Part shown: one piece after another, positions 1-13,139 of the stretch
Position numbering within the stretch: position 1 is the stretch's first letter
Layout: each line of letters begins with the position of its first letter
Assembly: GCA_965153455.1 (NCBI GenBank)
Contig: OZ234493.1
Coordinates: 11,584,213 to 11,648,212 of the forward strand
Direction: 5' to 3'
Length of the DNA: 64,000 bases
Origin: Sphagnum compactum
Lineage: Eukaryota
Position numbers and translations under genes: made by a program
The notes under the pieces: model-generated
What the model saw: the letters and a program-made list of their open reading frames with translations, nothing else
The model's database searches: none
What the model was told of the DNA's origin: nothing

Positions 1-548
1 ACCCTCCTGCCATCTCCACCACATCGCCAGCAGGATTTATCAAATTGAAGCAGTACCTATCAATCCAATTTACATCCGCAGCAGTCTGATGCAATCTATT
101 GTAACTGAGTGTATAATCTTTCTTGGGAAAGTTCAAAAGTGAGAGTTGCTGTAAACCTTTCACACCACACAGTCAACACGGTGATGCTGAAAAGAAATCG
201 ATGATACTTCACTTATGTTCTTGTTTTGAATGCCTCCAGCTTTTGTAGATGTGGTCCTTGTTCACATGCCACAGATAAACAATGAACAAGTGTCTGCCTG
301 AAGTAACCTAAAAGTAAGCTCCAAAGACTATCATCCCTTTAGCTCAAAGAATTCAAGTTTGACCCTGAAGCAAGCAAGTAAACCCCTTTAAACATCACAA
401 GAGGCACAGAATGGATAGAATAGCCTCAAAACTTACAGTTGTTCCTACATGGGGCGCTCTGCCGTGCCTAATACACAATACTAAGAATCCGCCTGCATAA
501 GAATTGATCACAAAGCATAGTACTCAGAGAATCTTGCACAAAACCAGG

Positions 549-1992
549 TCAGAGCTTTGAAGGCTTTGGGAAGATGTCGGGTGTGAATTTCTGGGCAGCA
601 CTCATGCTTCCTTTGATCTTCATCTTACCCCTGCGGCCCAAATACACAGACTCTCTAATCAGGTTTCTTTGACTTTAAAACAGGACTCCTGAATTATAGA
701 CATATTGAGCCTCAACCCTTGTTGAATTTTTCATAAAGAAAGCATTTCACACAAAATACTCTTTGCAGAACTGTGGCTGCTACAATTGATCAGAGGCACA
801 ATTCACAAAACAAGTATGGGACACCTCAATAAGTTTGAACCACAGGAATGAAAACAGTAGCTCCCTTTCTATACCTGATAAAGGCCATTTGAGGGTTCAT
901 GGAGCCAGAGGACACAGCCATGAAATCAGCGTCTGCAAATGAAAAAGTTGCATCTGGTTTTCCCTCAAACTTCCCTGCAACAACGACATGCCCATCAATT
1001 CCATAGCGGAGGAACCTGACACCATACATACATATCTCATGTATTCAAAACACTGCCACCACCTCCACCACAGAAAACATTTTCAAAAGCAGGTCAAAAC
1101 CATCACCTGCATTCAAGTCATTGAAATTGACAAAACAGGAGATAATCTACAATTGTATATCAAGCAGATCACCAAGCCTCAAAGTGCAAACAAGCACGCA
1201 ATAGTCCATGCACATTAGGGACTGATTGCAATACTGAGATTGATTGCAACACTGATTGCAATACCCGAGATTCACAATAGGAGTCACACCTTTGTACACC
1301 TTCAAGTTCTTGAGATCCACCACAAAGCTTTCCTCATTGACTCCTATTTTCTGTCCACAGATCAAGCCGTAAAGGAATCTTCAATACTGGGGTGAAAAAC
1401 CATGCTTGTGGAAAAGTTTCAAGATCATAATTATTAGGAAAGAATGTTGTTGTGCATGTGAAGAGAAAACAGCAGTAGATTTCCAGACTGTCAATCAACA
1501 GGATCCAGAGACACCGTTTCCCTACAGGAAAAGGTTCCTCTGGTCAGGCAAACTAAAAGCAGGAAACACTATCTAATGGACCAGAAAAGAATGTCCCCGC
1601 CAAGACTTTAGACCGAAAAGAGTTCCACAAGGACAAAAGGAGTTCATTCGTCCACAGAATTACCCTAGGAGAGAGAGATTTAAGACAACCTGTGCTGCAG
1701 AGCTCACATCTAAGAACCCCGCAGTCAAAAAGAGACACACTCTACATTGTCAAGATCCTCCAGAATCTCGTGACAGACACACAAGGCAATTGAAGAGCCT
1801 TATCATGTGTTCAGATGATTCGTTCCTAAATGCTACTACGACGAAACCAAGAGATGTCACAGAATTGAACACCGATCAATTTTTGGCGAATACGTACACC
1901 ATCTGCCAAGGTTCTTCTGCTCCTGGCATAAATTGTGTTTAAGAAAAAAATCAAGAGATAAAAAGAGAAGGAGACGACAGAAGAGATAGAGA

Positions 1993-2038
<46 letters not shown>

Positions 2039-2227
2039 GACGAAGAGAGAGAGGAAGATGGTCAGAGAGCCCTAAGGCACCTTTGGTGCGATGTTGATCT
2101 GATACGTAAATCCAATTTTCTGCTGCAGCTCTTTGCCCACATCCGTTGCCAAGTGCGCCTTCACGAGCTCCAACAGCTGTGCAGACTTGAGCTTGGAGCC
2201 CTCGCTTACGCTTCCCTCCGACGCCAT
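549..2227 (-). CDS. SCP2: Sterol carrier protein 2 (peroxisomal), 4 exons, 129 aa
   Basis: Exons 2227-2081, 1350-1290, 974-875 and 630-549 have GT-AG introns and join in frame (390 nt). Protein: MASEG...KSAQLLELVKAHLATDVGKELQQKIGFTYQINIAPKKIGVNEESFVVDLK...KPDATFSFADADFMAVSSGSMNPQMAFIRGKMKIKGSMSAAQKFTPDIFPKPSKL. It ends in the PTS1 signal SKL. Confidence 0.95.
1996..2034. repeat. (GA)n microsatellite in SCP2 intron 1
   Basis: Uninterrupted GA dinucleotide run seen directly. Confidence 0.9.
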
Positions 2228-5200
2228 TGCTGCTGCAACAACCGAGAGTGCGCAACAACACGAGTCAAAGCACGCTTGCGGAGCCTGCACAGCACCCCCC
2301 CCCACCGGGCCACCGCGCGGGGCTGCCGAGCCGGACGGCGAAGCCGCGGGGGCCGCCACGGAAGGATCGGGTAACCCGGTAGAAGCGCGGTCCACCGCTT
2401 GCTTTAGGTCGAATTTATCAACTCTGTGGGACCCTCCACACACACAGTGACTTTCTTCTTTTTTTAAGAAAATTAATTTCGCCATTTTGCTATTAAAGAA
2501 AACAGTCCCAAGCAACATGATCAAGGGAATTTTTGGAAATTTTCCAAAACAAATCGCCAAAATTTCAAAGAAGAAAGTTATGAAATAGCCAATATTTTTG
2601 GAGGATTTGGACAGATTTTTAGATTTCTTCTTTTGAAATCGCCATATTTGGCTAATAGGTTCTAGTGCTTCACCAACATGTAATACAGTTCCTAGATTAT
2701 TTTTTACTTCATTATTTGTCTTGTAACTAGATTAGCCAAATCCTCTGGTGGCTGGTCGCCAGTTTGAGAAAATTGAGGCAAAAAATAAAACACTGCCTTC
2801 ACCCCCCAAGTCCTATTGATTACCTTTTGTGGCGAAACTCACAATTTTGCAACTTTATTTTATTTTAGTGTGAAATGTGGCAACACCCATCATCCATGAG
2901 TCCCATTGATTTTTTGTTTTGGCGAACTTTCAATATTTTCTAGCCCCAAAATAAAATAGAATGATAAACATCAATGGCAGTGTTTTCGTTAGCAATTTTT
3001 TTGTTATAGCCAAAGTGACAATGATCCACAGCAGATTTAGCCAAAATTTGGTTACAAGTTAAATATGAAAATATTTTTTTCTTCAGAAAAATATCCTTCT
3101 ATATTGTGGGCTACCCACTTGAACCATGTATAGAAATCTGGTAATTTTAAAAATATTTGCTAGAATTCTGGCTATTGGAAATCTCAAAATGCACATGATT
3201 TTAGCTCTTTTGATTTTAAATATAGCTATTTGGCTATATAGTTGGGTCATCATATTCATGGAATACCAAAAGCTTGAGAAACGTGTGGAGTCTGGACTCC
3301 CAGTGTTTTTCCTTTTCAACAATTTTATTTTATTTACAAAAAATTGGGAATTTCTTTGGAATTTCTTTTCTTTTCTAGTATAAATTTGAGTAAATTGGAG
3401 AAAACTGGCTAATCATTGTTAATAAATTCGCCATATGTTCAATAACACTAAATTGAAAATAAAATATAATTCAATAATCAATAATTCAATAATCATTTCT
3501 TTTCTCTTGGACTTGTAAAAAGCACACTCCTTCCATTTTTCATTTTTGAAAAGCTCTATATGGACCCTTGTGGATGAAGCTCATCCAATTTAAACCTATA
3601 ACCATGAATGCCACAAAACCTTGAAAAATGCCACCTTACAAAGAATTGAACAAAGGTGGAAAAATTTATGGTTCAAAAACAATTTCCACCTTGGTTCAAA
3701 AATTATGAAAAAAATTGGTTCCAAAAGTTTTGAACCATAAAACCCTAATTTGTGTTTCTATATTGGGGAGTGCCCAATGTTTCATAAATTTGGTGATGGG
3801 CCAATCAAAATGGCTCGTTAAACAAAAGGATAAAAGATCAAGGATACCAAAATTCAACTTTGGCCAAAACATATGGGATAAAAAAGTGTGATGCTATTGG
3901 GAACATCTTGGGAACACATTGAGAACAAAAAAAAACATAAAAATCCTCTACCCACCCCCCAAAAACCCAAATGAAAAAAACTAGGCACTCCTCAATGCAT
4001 GTTGAGCCTTCTCATTGGTCGCATGAAAAAAAATTTATTTCTAAAAACTATTTGTTATCATTTTTTAACCTAGGCTAATAGAAGGAAGGGGAGTATGAGT
4101 GTATATTGATTATACATTTTTTTTAATGTTTGCTCGTACAATATCTTGCATCTTTGCAACGAAGTCAAATTTACAAGTTACATTTGATCATAAGATTAAT
4201 AGAAAATCAAAATCAAAATATCGTTTGAACAACAAGTTAAATTATGATAAACTTGTAGACAAAACTTCTCTAATTCAACATGGAAGTGTAGGAAGCTCAT
4301 TCAAGGTGAATTCTAGGTTAGATCATAAGACCTAATGCTAACAAATTTATTTATATATAGCTTTTGACATCTAGATTACTAAGGGGCAAATTACACTAAA
4401 AGCACTTAGGTTTTTGGGATCACAAAAAAATCAAGTGTGAAGGGTGATAAATTCAGGTTTTTATTAAAATAATTTGAGACCCATGCCTAAGCAAATGGCC
4501 TTGGATGAAAATAATGACAACCCATTCATGAGTGCCAAAAGCTCCCAATCACTCATCTATGATATTCTATTAATATTTATTTTTATTTTTGAAAAGAAAA
4601 GTTGGAGGGAATTTTTGGTGGCTCCGGCAATTACCAGCCCCCCCCCCCCCACAAAATTATTTCCCCTTAAACATTAAACACAATAATAAAAAGGGATTAA
4701 CTTTTTTTCTCTAATCGTCTTTTAAGCTCTTCAAGGTGTTGAAGCTTTTTGTGCATTAGAGTTGCTTATTGATAGTTCACTTTGTTGTTAGCTTTTGTTC
4801 ACAAGTTTTTTCTTTTCAGATGTGAAAGGCTATCCACATGATGGAGATTACTCACAATCACAAGAGTGAAATCAAAATTCTAAAAAAATTGTGAGTTGCC
4901 CCTTCCATGATTGAAATTTAGATTCGTGAATCTTTCTTTGAGAATGTCCAATTATAGTGCATTCAATTGGTAAGAAGGGATTCAAATCTTCACATACGAA
5001 GATTTTTTGTAGTGACAAGAGTGCAAAATTTCTTGAGGAGAAGCCCTTCGTTTTGTTCTCGAAATGTTCAAATTTAGTGGACAAAAAATAAGGGAGATTG
5101 TGGCGGATCAAAGAAGAGATGGGCCATGAAATAATCATGTGCTTGTTGTTTGTTCAAAATTGGGTTTCCACTAGGAACAAATGTGAGATGAAAGGAAAGT

Positions 5201-5280
5201 TTGATAAAAGGTTTGTTCTTTGCCCTCTTTCAAAAGAGATGATGTCACCAGGGTTCATTCTCAAAGCCAAGAAGCCATAC

Positions 5281-6950
5281 CTCTTGTGTCAAAAAGGTTC
5301 ATCGACTGTCATGGCTGATCTGTTGAGATTCCAGAGGCAAGTCATGGCACACATGCTGCCTTTGAAGAGGCATCCTGTCTACACATGCCAGAGAGGTCCA
5401 GTGGTATGCAGTGAACGTGACTGTCAAGACGGGATCAGCCAAAATACTGAATACTTTTCAGCTGGAATCAACAGAAGTGAACATCACAGTCAGTTTTCGT
5501 CTATCTCCTCATTTACATTCAACTGTAAGGCTATGCGAGGTGGAAGGAAGAGTACACACCAAGGAACCAAGCTTGGAGGAAAATCATGGGTACTCTGTAG
5601 GACTCATTGTAAATCACATGGGAATTGTACACATGATCCTCATAACCAGGTAGCCCAGGACCTGCTTCCTACCAAAGTGGAACAGAAAAGCATTGACAAA
5701 ATGGTCAAATCATAAATGTTTGCTTCATTCTTGCAATACTGAGATACAGGTCTCAAGCTAGAAAAAAAGCTTTTGCACTGGTAGGGGCTCCAGCCACAAC
5801 CTGTCATAGAATATATGATCCAACATAGTTCATGCATACCCATTCAATCTGCTGTGTGGCTCTCTCTTGTTTGTTCTCTCTGCATATTGCAAAAAAAATT
5901 TGGCAAAGCATTCCAACAAAAGTGAAGGGCACTGAAGTTTACAGCGTAACCAGGTGTACCTTTCGTTCAGACAATATATGCACATCCTGTAGTGCTGAAT
6001 ACCCAACTGCCTGCACACACACACACACACACCTACAACAGAATCATATGACTCCATATATCTTCAAAATTGCAGAGAAATATCTGCAACAAAAACTTGA
6101 AGGCAATATGACAATTCATACAGTCATAAACTTATGAGGGTCTCTCACATACCGTCAGACCACCACCATCTTCATCACAAATTACAGTGAGACTGCCCAC
6201 TGACTTCATCAGCTCTCGACATGTGCATGAATAAGTATATGATCATATTTAGGCAAACCATAATAGAAATACTGAGTTTCTTTGCTTATTAGGCAATGGG
6301 AAGACTCAGTCATGCTGTTGGCTAGCACTCAAGAGACATAGCTAGAATCAGTCAACTCCAGCACATCATAAGCTCCCACTTACACTACAAGAGCAACCGC
6401 CATTGTCATAAATGTCCCTGAGGTTGCCACTTTCAATAATAAGAAAACCCTTGACATGCTTCACTGCAAATAGCACCTTCTTCACACTGTTCACACTACC
6501 AGATGTGAGTCATGTGAAGAAGAAGATACTCTGCTCCCTATCATTTCTGAATGACAGCAATGCTCCTCCCCAGATGACAGAATCCAAAATCCAGTTCTCT
6601 GGACAGCTGCAGCAAAACCAAATGGCACATACATTGCTGCTGCTGCATAGTTCAGCATGTAGCTTCAGGAGAACCTTACCTTCTTACTCCACCAAAGCTG
6701 GGTTCGTAGCTTTTGTGAACAAAGCACAACAACATGTCCGTACTTGTTTATACCAAACATACAAGAAGAGCAGCAGGTAGTGCACAGAGAGAGGTGCATA
6801 CAGAAGAAGCAAGGGCTGGTGATTTATTGCTTGTCAACATGCGAGGTCCGTGCAGGAGGTAATTGCAGTCATTGTGACTTCCAGACCCACCAAATACAAA
6901 GCTGCTGCTTCAAACCCTAAACCCTAAATTCCTGCCATTGAAGAACGTAG
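5281..6950 (-). pseudogene. ATG10: Autophagy E2-like enzyme ATG10 pseudogene (premature stop, frameshifts, catalytic 3' exon not found)
   Basis: Exon 5661-5560 reads YEDHVYNSHVIYNESYRVPMIFLQAWFL, matching the ATG10 HIVYS-SY-VP-LYF block. Exon 5378-5281 reads D-RMPLQRQHVCHDLPLESQQISHDSR*TFLTQE, with TGA at 5301-5299 where ATG10 has W in WTFITQE. Both are flanked by GT-AG. A donor near 6152 and the N-terminal-like text VLQWQEF...EAAALYLV near 6950-6885 are weaker. No EHPY...HPC exon is seen downstream. Confidence 0.75.
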
Positions 6951-7706
6951 ACCTGCTGCTGCACCTGGAGAATTCCAGATCCCAATTTTAGGTTTCTTCT
7001 TCTATCCGAACACGACCTTCTTCTTCTTCTTCTTCTTCTCCTTCTGCCTGACACAATCTCTATGCTAGTACTGTGTTGGAATGTACTCGACAAAAGAGAC
7101 TACTGTGCAGCTCCAGACGTCCCACATTCCGCTCTTCCAAGAACCAGAATTGTAAAATGTAAAGCACATGAGACGGCAGTGGGAAATCAGAAAAAGAAAG
7201 CGATTTGCAAAAATGGGTTTGATCATGTAGGGTTGTAGTTTAGCACAAAATCCCACTGGACAAGGATTTCAGCTGAATTCAACACTATTTTTGTTTGTGA
7301 AGAGTTTAGGGTTTAGGACAGATAGCAGCAAGTCCTCGGTGATGTCAGGGGCCAGGATCTTTGTCCCTTAATACAGACATCTCTCTGCAAAAGATCTCAC
7401 TCCTAGCACGGCTAAATCTTCTAAACTGAACAGTGCAAACATAACATAGAGAACACAAACACTTCGTCTTGAAGAAGAAGACAATAGTCCGAGGGAGAAA
7501 GGAGCAAACATGCTGCAAAGAATGCAAACCCTAAAGCAAAACATGCTGCAAAGAATCCGAACCCTAAGAAGCGCGCTCATAGAAGGGTTTGTTGTTTGGA
7601 TTTCTAGTCTCAGGAATTAGATTTGTGCTTTGGGTTTGTGTTTTTAAAGACGGATTTGGAGGGAGCTAGAGATTTCTCTTTTTTGGGGGTTCTTCTGTGT
7701 GTGCAG

Positions 7707-9943
7707 ATGGCTGCTGCTACACTAATTTTTTCCACCATGTCTTCCACTTCTTGCTGCTGGAAAGCACGGTGCTCTAGTGTTGTCCTTCCTCGCTCCGCAT
7801 GTCTGCAGTCGTCGTCATGTGGCTTCCGCTGTGTCAGGTTCCCGCAGTCGCAAATCCATTTGTTGAGGGCGAGACGAAGACCGGCCCTTGTCTGTGCTGC
7901 CAGAACTGGAAGAAGAAGGCAAGGAACATCCTCTTCAAAAATCAAGGTTGGTAATGTTTTCACTTCCTTCTTCTTCTTCTTCTTCTTCTTCTGCTCTCTC
8001 TCTCTCTCTTCGTTCGCAGAAGCACATGCTTTTTCAGATTTGCGTTCTGAAAGAAGAATTTGCAATATAACAAGAGGAAGAAGAAGAAATGATCAATTGC
8101 TGTTGTGTTTGGCAGAAAAAGAGGAGAGAAGAGGATGATGCAGCGGCAGAGGCAGCTTTGGAGGCCCTGTTTCTGCAGCTAGAGAAGGATCTGGAATTGG
8201 ATGGTGAGTCAGGGGAGGCGGAGGACGATGATGATATTACAGAAGAGGAGATGATAGCATTCGAGCAGGAACTTAATGCTGTGCTGGGACTTGGTGAAGA
8301 AGATGACGGTGAAGGTGATGACGAAGCTGCTGAGGACGGTGAGGTGGAGAGTGGAAATGGGGAAACGGGGCTACTTGACATGGTCATGAAGGATGGGATT
8401 TATGGTCACACCACCACTAGTCATCCTGACGAGGATCAGAAGCTTAAATTTGCTTCAAATGGTAGACTTGAGGTCGAGGAATATAGTTATGATTCTTACG
8501 AAGATGAGGATGATGATTATGATGAGGAAGATGAAGAAGAAGAAGAGCAGAGGACAGTGAAGCTAGAGAAATGGCAGCTGAAGAAGCTAGCTGTAGCAGT
8601 CGAGAAAGGTCGGCGGCATGTAAATGTAAGACTATTCTGTGCTCTTCCTCAAACAATCCACAAAAGTTTATTTTTTGGGCAGAGTGGGGAGTGGTGTGTG
8701 GGTTTTGATGCTTTCTAGTATCAGCAGGTTGCTCTTGTAGGATACCTGTCCTACTCATCATTTGTGTGAATGCGGAGTTTGGTGGTCTCTGAGGAGTTTT
8801 CAGGGTCCAAAGGGTGTGTGTGAGGTCTTTCACATGTTATGATTCCTCCAACAGATTGTGGTTGCCTTCTTACACAAGCTCTTCATGACTATTTATTATA
8901 CAGACTTTGTTCTCTTGGCGATATCTGTCCTATTGTTGTGTATGTGTAAATGCAGAGTTTGATCGTGTCCAAAGGGCTTTTGGGGGTCCAAAGGTTGTGA
9001 GAGGACTTTCTCATATTATGATTCCAACACATTATGGTTGGCCTCGTATGCAATGTTATTGAGTATTTTCTAGAAAGACTTTGGGGAATCTGTCTTCCAG
9101 AATGAAGTGCTGGGAATCTTGTAGACATACGACCCTTAAGGATTAGATTTAATTTGGGTCCGAAAACTAGGGTTTAGGGCTTAGCTTTGTGGTCAATTTC
9201 TGTTCTAATGTTTTGAGTTGAGGGAAAGAAGTCCCAGATGTCAGTAAGAGTGGTGTAATGGGCATTGAATCTGACTGTTCGTTATGTAGTAAAACTTTGG
9301 ATGCTCTTTTCAGGTGAAATCACTTGCAGCAGATGTGCGAATGGACCGCAGTGATGTGCTTTCTTTTCTTCGGGACCCACCTCTAGACCTTTTAGTCATG
9401 AGTGCCTCCCTTGAAGATTCTGATAGCTCAGATGATGAGGATGAATCTGCACAGATTACAAACAGTAGGCTGGCTGAGTTAACACGTACAAGGAGGTTAG
9501 CACCCACAGGTCTTCCTGACAAGAGGATACCTAAGCTGATGAAACAAGCCACTTTGGCCCCAGGTGGGGGTGCTGGGGGTCCCCAAAGCTGGCAGAGGAA
9601 TAAACGATTGCGCAAGGAACATATAGCCACATTTGAGCGCGTTTATCGGCAGTCGAAGCGGCCATCAGTTAGTGTTCAATCCTCTCTTTGTGTGTTCACT
9701 GTCTTAGTAGTAAATGATGGGAATTCCAAATCTTCTTCAAAGTTCTGCAGAAATGGGATGATATATGTAATTGAGGCTCTAGAGAGATGATTCTTACTGA
9801 GAAGAAGTGGTTTTTGGGTGCAGAATGCAATGATTGAGAATTTGGTTACGCTGACTCATGTACCACGCCAGAAAATCCTCCAATGGTTCAATGAACAGCG
9901 TTCAAAGAATGAAACTAGAACTACATTTGAGGATGCTTTGTAA
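7707..9943 (+). CDS. OCP3: OVEREXPRESSOR OF CATIONIC PEROXIDASE 3-like plastid homeodomain protein, 4 exons
   Basis: Exons 7707-7946, 8116-8625, 9314-9667 and 9824-9943 are all phase 0 with GT-AG introns. The protein has an S/R-rich transit-like N-terminus, ALEALFLQLEKDL, an acidic tract, KLEKWQLKKLA..GRR..VKSLAADVRMDRSDVLSFLRDPP, and a C-terminal homeodomain-like KRLRKEHIATFERVYRQSKRPSNAMIENLV...ILQWFNEQR. Confidence 0.88.
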
Positions 9944-10561
9944 AGATGCTAGTGGAAAGACTTCACTGAACTTCATGATCCAACTTCATGAACAACTTTC
10001 AAAGAATGAAACAAGACCTACATCTGAGGATGCAGAAGATGACAAAGAAATGGACAATTTGCCTTATGGTCAAGACAGTTAAGCCTGTCATGAAGGCTTG
10101 GTTCTAGGAGGAAAACAAGCTGGTTGACCCTAAACCACAGTCTCAACATCATTTCTAGTTGTCAGTGCATGCCTACAGCACAGAATGACTATCTGTTCCA
10201 CATTCCCAATTTTAAAGGATGGATATCAAGCAATCATCAAAGAGCAACAAGGCTCTACATTCTGGAGAGGATAGCTAGCAATAATATCTAAAACTAGACC
10301 TAAAATCCCACTAAATTCAATGACAAACTGGCTACTTACAGCATAATTGGAGGTCTGTATACATTTTCTTATTCATGAAGTATCTAGGTGGATCATCTGA
10401 AACAAGGGTGAAGGTTTGTTCCCCCTTAGCACAGGCATTCAGCTTTGATAAGAAAGCATCAATCACCTCTGTTGTCCCATGGGCTAATTTTCTGCATAGA
10501 TACTACAAAAGGATCTCAGATTTCTATAACACTATCCAACACAAATCATGAAGACATGTAT

Positions 10562-10937
10562 GAGCATCCCCAGCAGTGCTCAGTATATGACTGCTGCACA
10601 TTGCAATTGGATGAAGAAAGGTTAAAACATGCCAGTCTGGCTCAGGAAAATGGTTTTGCTCCTGTATGTTTGCACAATTTGTTGAGGCTCGTAAAAGGCG
10701 CAGCAAGGCTGTGCACCTGCCAGAGAAGAGTGTAATAAATATGATCTAACTTCTGTTCCTTGTTTCTGATTGTCCAATCATGATGGTTGGTCCTGGTGGT
10801 TTGCTATTAGTAGTCTCCCATCTACTTGCAGTCTCAGTTTCAGTTTTATGGATGGGGTTGCAAAAAAGTAAATGACTAAACTTGGATGTGACAAATATTA
10901 TTGCAGGGTCACATACTGAGCACTGCTGGGGATGCTC
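10562..10937. mobile_element. Putative MITE (Tourist/PIF-Harbinger-like), 376 bp
   Basis: 30-bp terminal inverted repeats, 10562-10591 GAGCATCCCCAGCAGTGCTCAGTATATGAC and 10908-10937, differ by 1 mismatch. Flanks are TAT (left) and TAA (right). No coding capacity. Confidence 0.6.
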
Positions 10938-12726
10938 TAAGAGCCATACAGAAAACAATACATACAAATTACTGTATGTGATCAGAAAAGCCGTGTGATC
11001 ATACAGCAATGGAAGCAAACAAGAGGGGCAAGGCACACCCAATTTGCAGATCTGGGAGGGCGTGCAGTTCTTCAGCTGGTTTTCAGCAACAAAGAAGTGC
11101 AATCAGCTAATTCTAAAAAGACCAGGATCTTGGAGCCCATGAGTGTCTCCAAATTCTAGATAGGCAGATTCACTACTTACCTGTCTAGGACTTGCTATGC
11201 ACGGCACATTCTTCAACAGATTGCTGTCATGGGCAGGTTACAGAAGTTCACGACAGAGCAATTACATGATCCCATAAAACACATAACTAAGTTCACAAAT
11301 AATACAAATCATCTGATGTACTGCAACCAAAGCTCTTTAGATTAATCTGAACTCAAGTCTGGATGTCCTTTACTCAACAAACATGAATGTTGTACATAGA
11401 TAAATTCGAAGAAGTCCATGGCCCATCCTGTATTGCAAAATTGCTGGCATTCTGCAATATGTACTGCATTCTCCCTATCACCCCAACTAGGGCCCCATTG
11501 CTACCCATTATAACTCAATCTGGCACCCCAACGCTTTATCAGGAATCACAAATTTAGCATTCCAAACAAACATAGCAGTTCATAAACTTGAAGCAAGAAA
11601 ATTGTATGAGTTTATGGGATCTCTAAATTTTGAGTGTGAGGAAGATTTGTTGCTTAGTTATAAAATTGCGCAAATGAAAGAGATAGGCTTGGAATGAGAA
11701 TGAGACTCCGAGCAAGTTTTGTCCTTATTGAATTCTTTTTTGATTTATCTCCTCATCTTCCCCATATCGAAAGTTGGTTGGAGTTTGAAAATCTAGTGAA
11801 AAAAGATGCTTTATTTCCATGAGTTACATAGAGATTGGTAGTTGTTGCTCGAAATTTTAAGTGTTATAGCATAAGCATTCTCAAGCAGCAATGCAGAAAG
11901 ATGATGATTGTAAGCCCTCAACTTATAGTGAACAATTTGCTATGGACATAAATAACATAACTTTACTAATGATTTTTGCATGCATTTGTAATGTATATAT
12001 ATACATTACTAGTTGGATCAACCCAAGTGATGGATCACTATAATTTTAATCTAATCATTGTCAATCTTCTACTATTCACAATTAATCTTCTATTGTCACC
12101 ACTTCTACATTATTGTTACAACTACTACTAGTGTCACCATGAACTACAAACTTAAATATTCTAGAACATTCATGTGTTTGAAAAGGATGCACATGACTTA
12201 TTTTCATGCACCCTCCATCATTCCTTTCCAGACCTGAAATTCTTATTTTACTTTCTTGGCTGGAAAGACTAGTACTATTGGCCTTTGAAGAAGTGGTGTA
12301 ATGTCAACTAGATAGCTATTGTGACAAAATTGTAGCAATCAAATAGAGCGTGAGATACAACTCTTCTAATCTTGATGATCTACTTCTAAATGTTAAATTG
12401 TAATTCAAGGACACCTTTTTTATCTTTCAATTTTTCAAAATGATGTTTGGACAATGGTTTCATAAGAATGTTTGCCTCTTGTTCTATTGTAGGTACATGT
12501 TCCAACTTCCATTTTGTTTATGTTAAATTTCTCATGAATGAACTAATGCTACAATTCCATTTGTTTTGTCTTAAATTGGATTTTCAACAAGCTTCAAAGA
12601 CATTTTCATAAGCCTTGAAGGAGTGTCACATTATATTGCTATGGCAACTTTTGCTTATAGTTTTACTAACAAGGCTTGTAACCAAGTGATTACCTTTGCA
12701 AAGTCTGTTGTCACTTGATATTCACA

Positions 12727-12920
12727 GGGAGAGGGAACAAGCACACTTGGAGAGCGCAGTACAACAAAGAGTTGTATGCTACGTTCGGGAAGGATGAATC
12801 GCTCCTAAAAAAAAGAAAATCTATTGATTTTCTTCCAATTGGATAATAACGTAGGTGCAAGAATTTACTTCACGGGTGAGGTCTCTGGTTCAAGTCCAGG
12901 ATAACCCAGCTGCGCCGGGG
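12727..12920 (+). pseudogene. trnI-GAU: Plastid-derived fragment (NUPT): 3' part of the trnI-GAU group II intron plus trnI 3' exon
   Basis: GAACAAGCACACTTGGAGAGCGCAGTACAAC...GTTCGGGAAGGATGAATCGCTCC matches the trnI intron. Positions 12874-12908 (GGGTGAGGTCTCTGGTTCAAGTCCAGGATAACCCA) match the 3' exon with substitutions. The 5' exon is absent. Confidence 0.85.
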
Positions 12921-12950
12921 GAAATCACAAAAAAAAACATCTGATTTGTT

Positions 12951-13130
12951 CCAGGTATTGGTCACAATTTGCAGGAACATTCTGTAGTACTAGTAAGAGG
13001 AGGAAGAGTAAAAGATCTACCCAGTGTAAGATATCACAAAGTTAGAGGGACTCTCGATGCTGTGGGAGTAAAAGATCGTCAACAAGGGCGTTCTAGTGCA
13101 TTGTATATTATTATCCAAAACTTGTATCGT
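12951..13130 (+). pseudogene. rps12: Plastid-derived fragment (NUPT): part of rps12 exon 2 plus the start of the following intron
   Basis: 12951-13095 translates [48 protein letters not shown]. It is followed by a group II intron-like start GTGCATTGTA. There is no start codon and no exon 1 or 3, and conserved residues are substituted (G>S, I>K). Confidence 0.9.
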
Positions 13131-13139
13131 GTTAAGGAA

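Noticed and set aside
5299-5301. TGA read as selenocysteine or readthrough in ATG10
   Set aside because: It replaces Trp rather than Cys, land plants lack Sec machinery, and other lesions are present.
5098-5715. 205-aa + strand ORF
   Set aside because: No recognisable motifs. It lies antisense to the ATG10 pseudogene exons.
12874-12908. Functional tRNA-Ile
   Set aside because: Only the 3' exon is present, with acceptor-stem substitutions.
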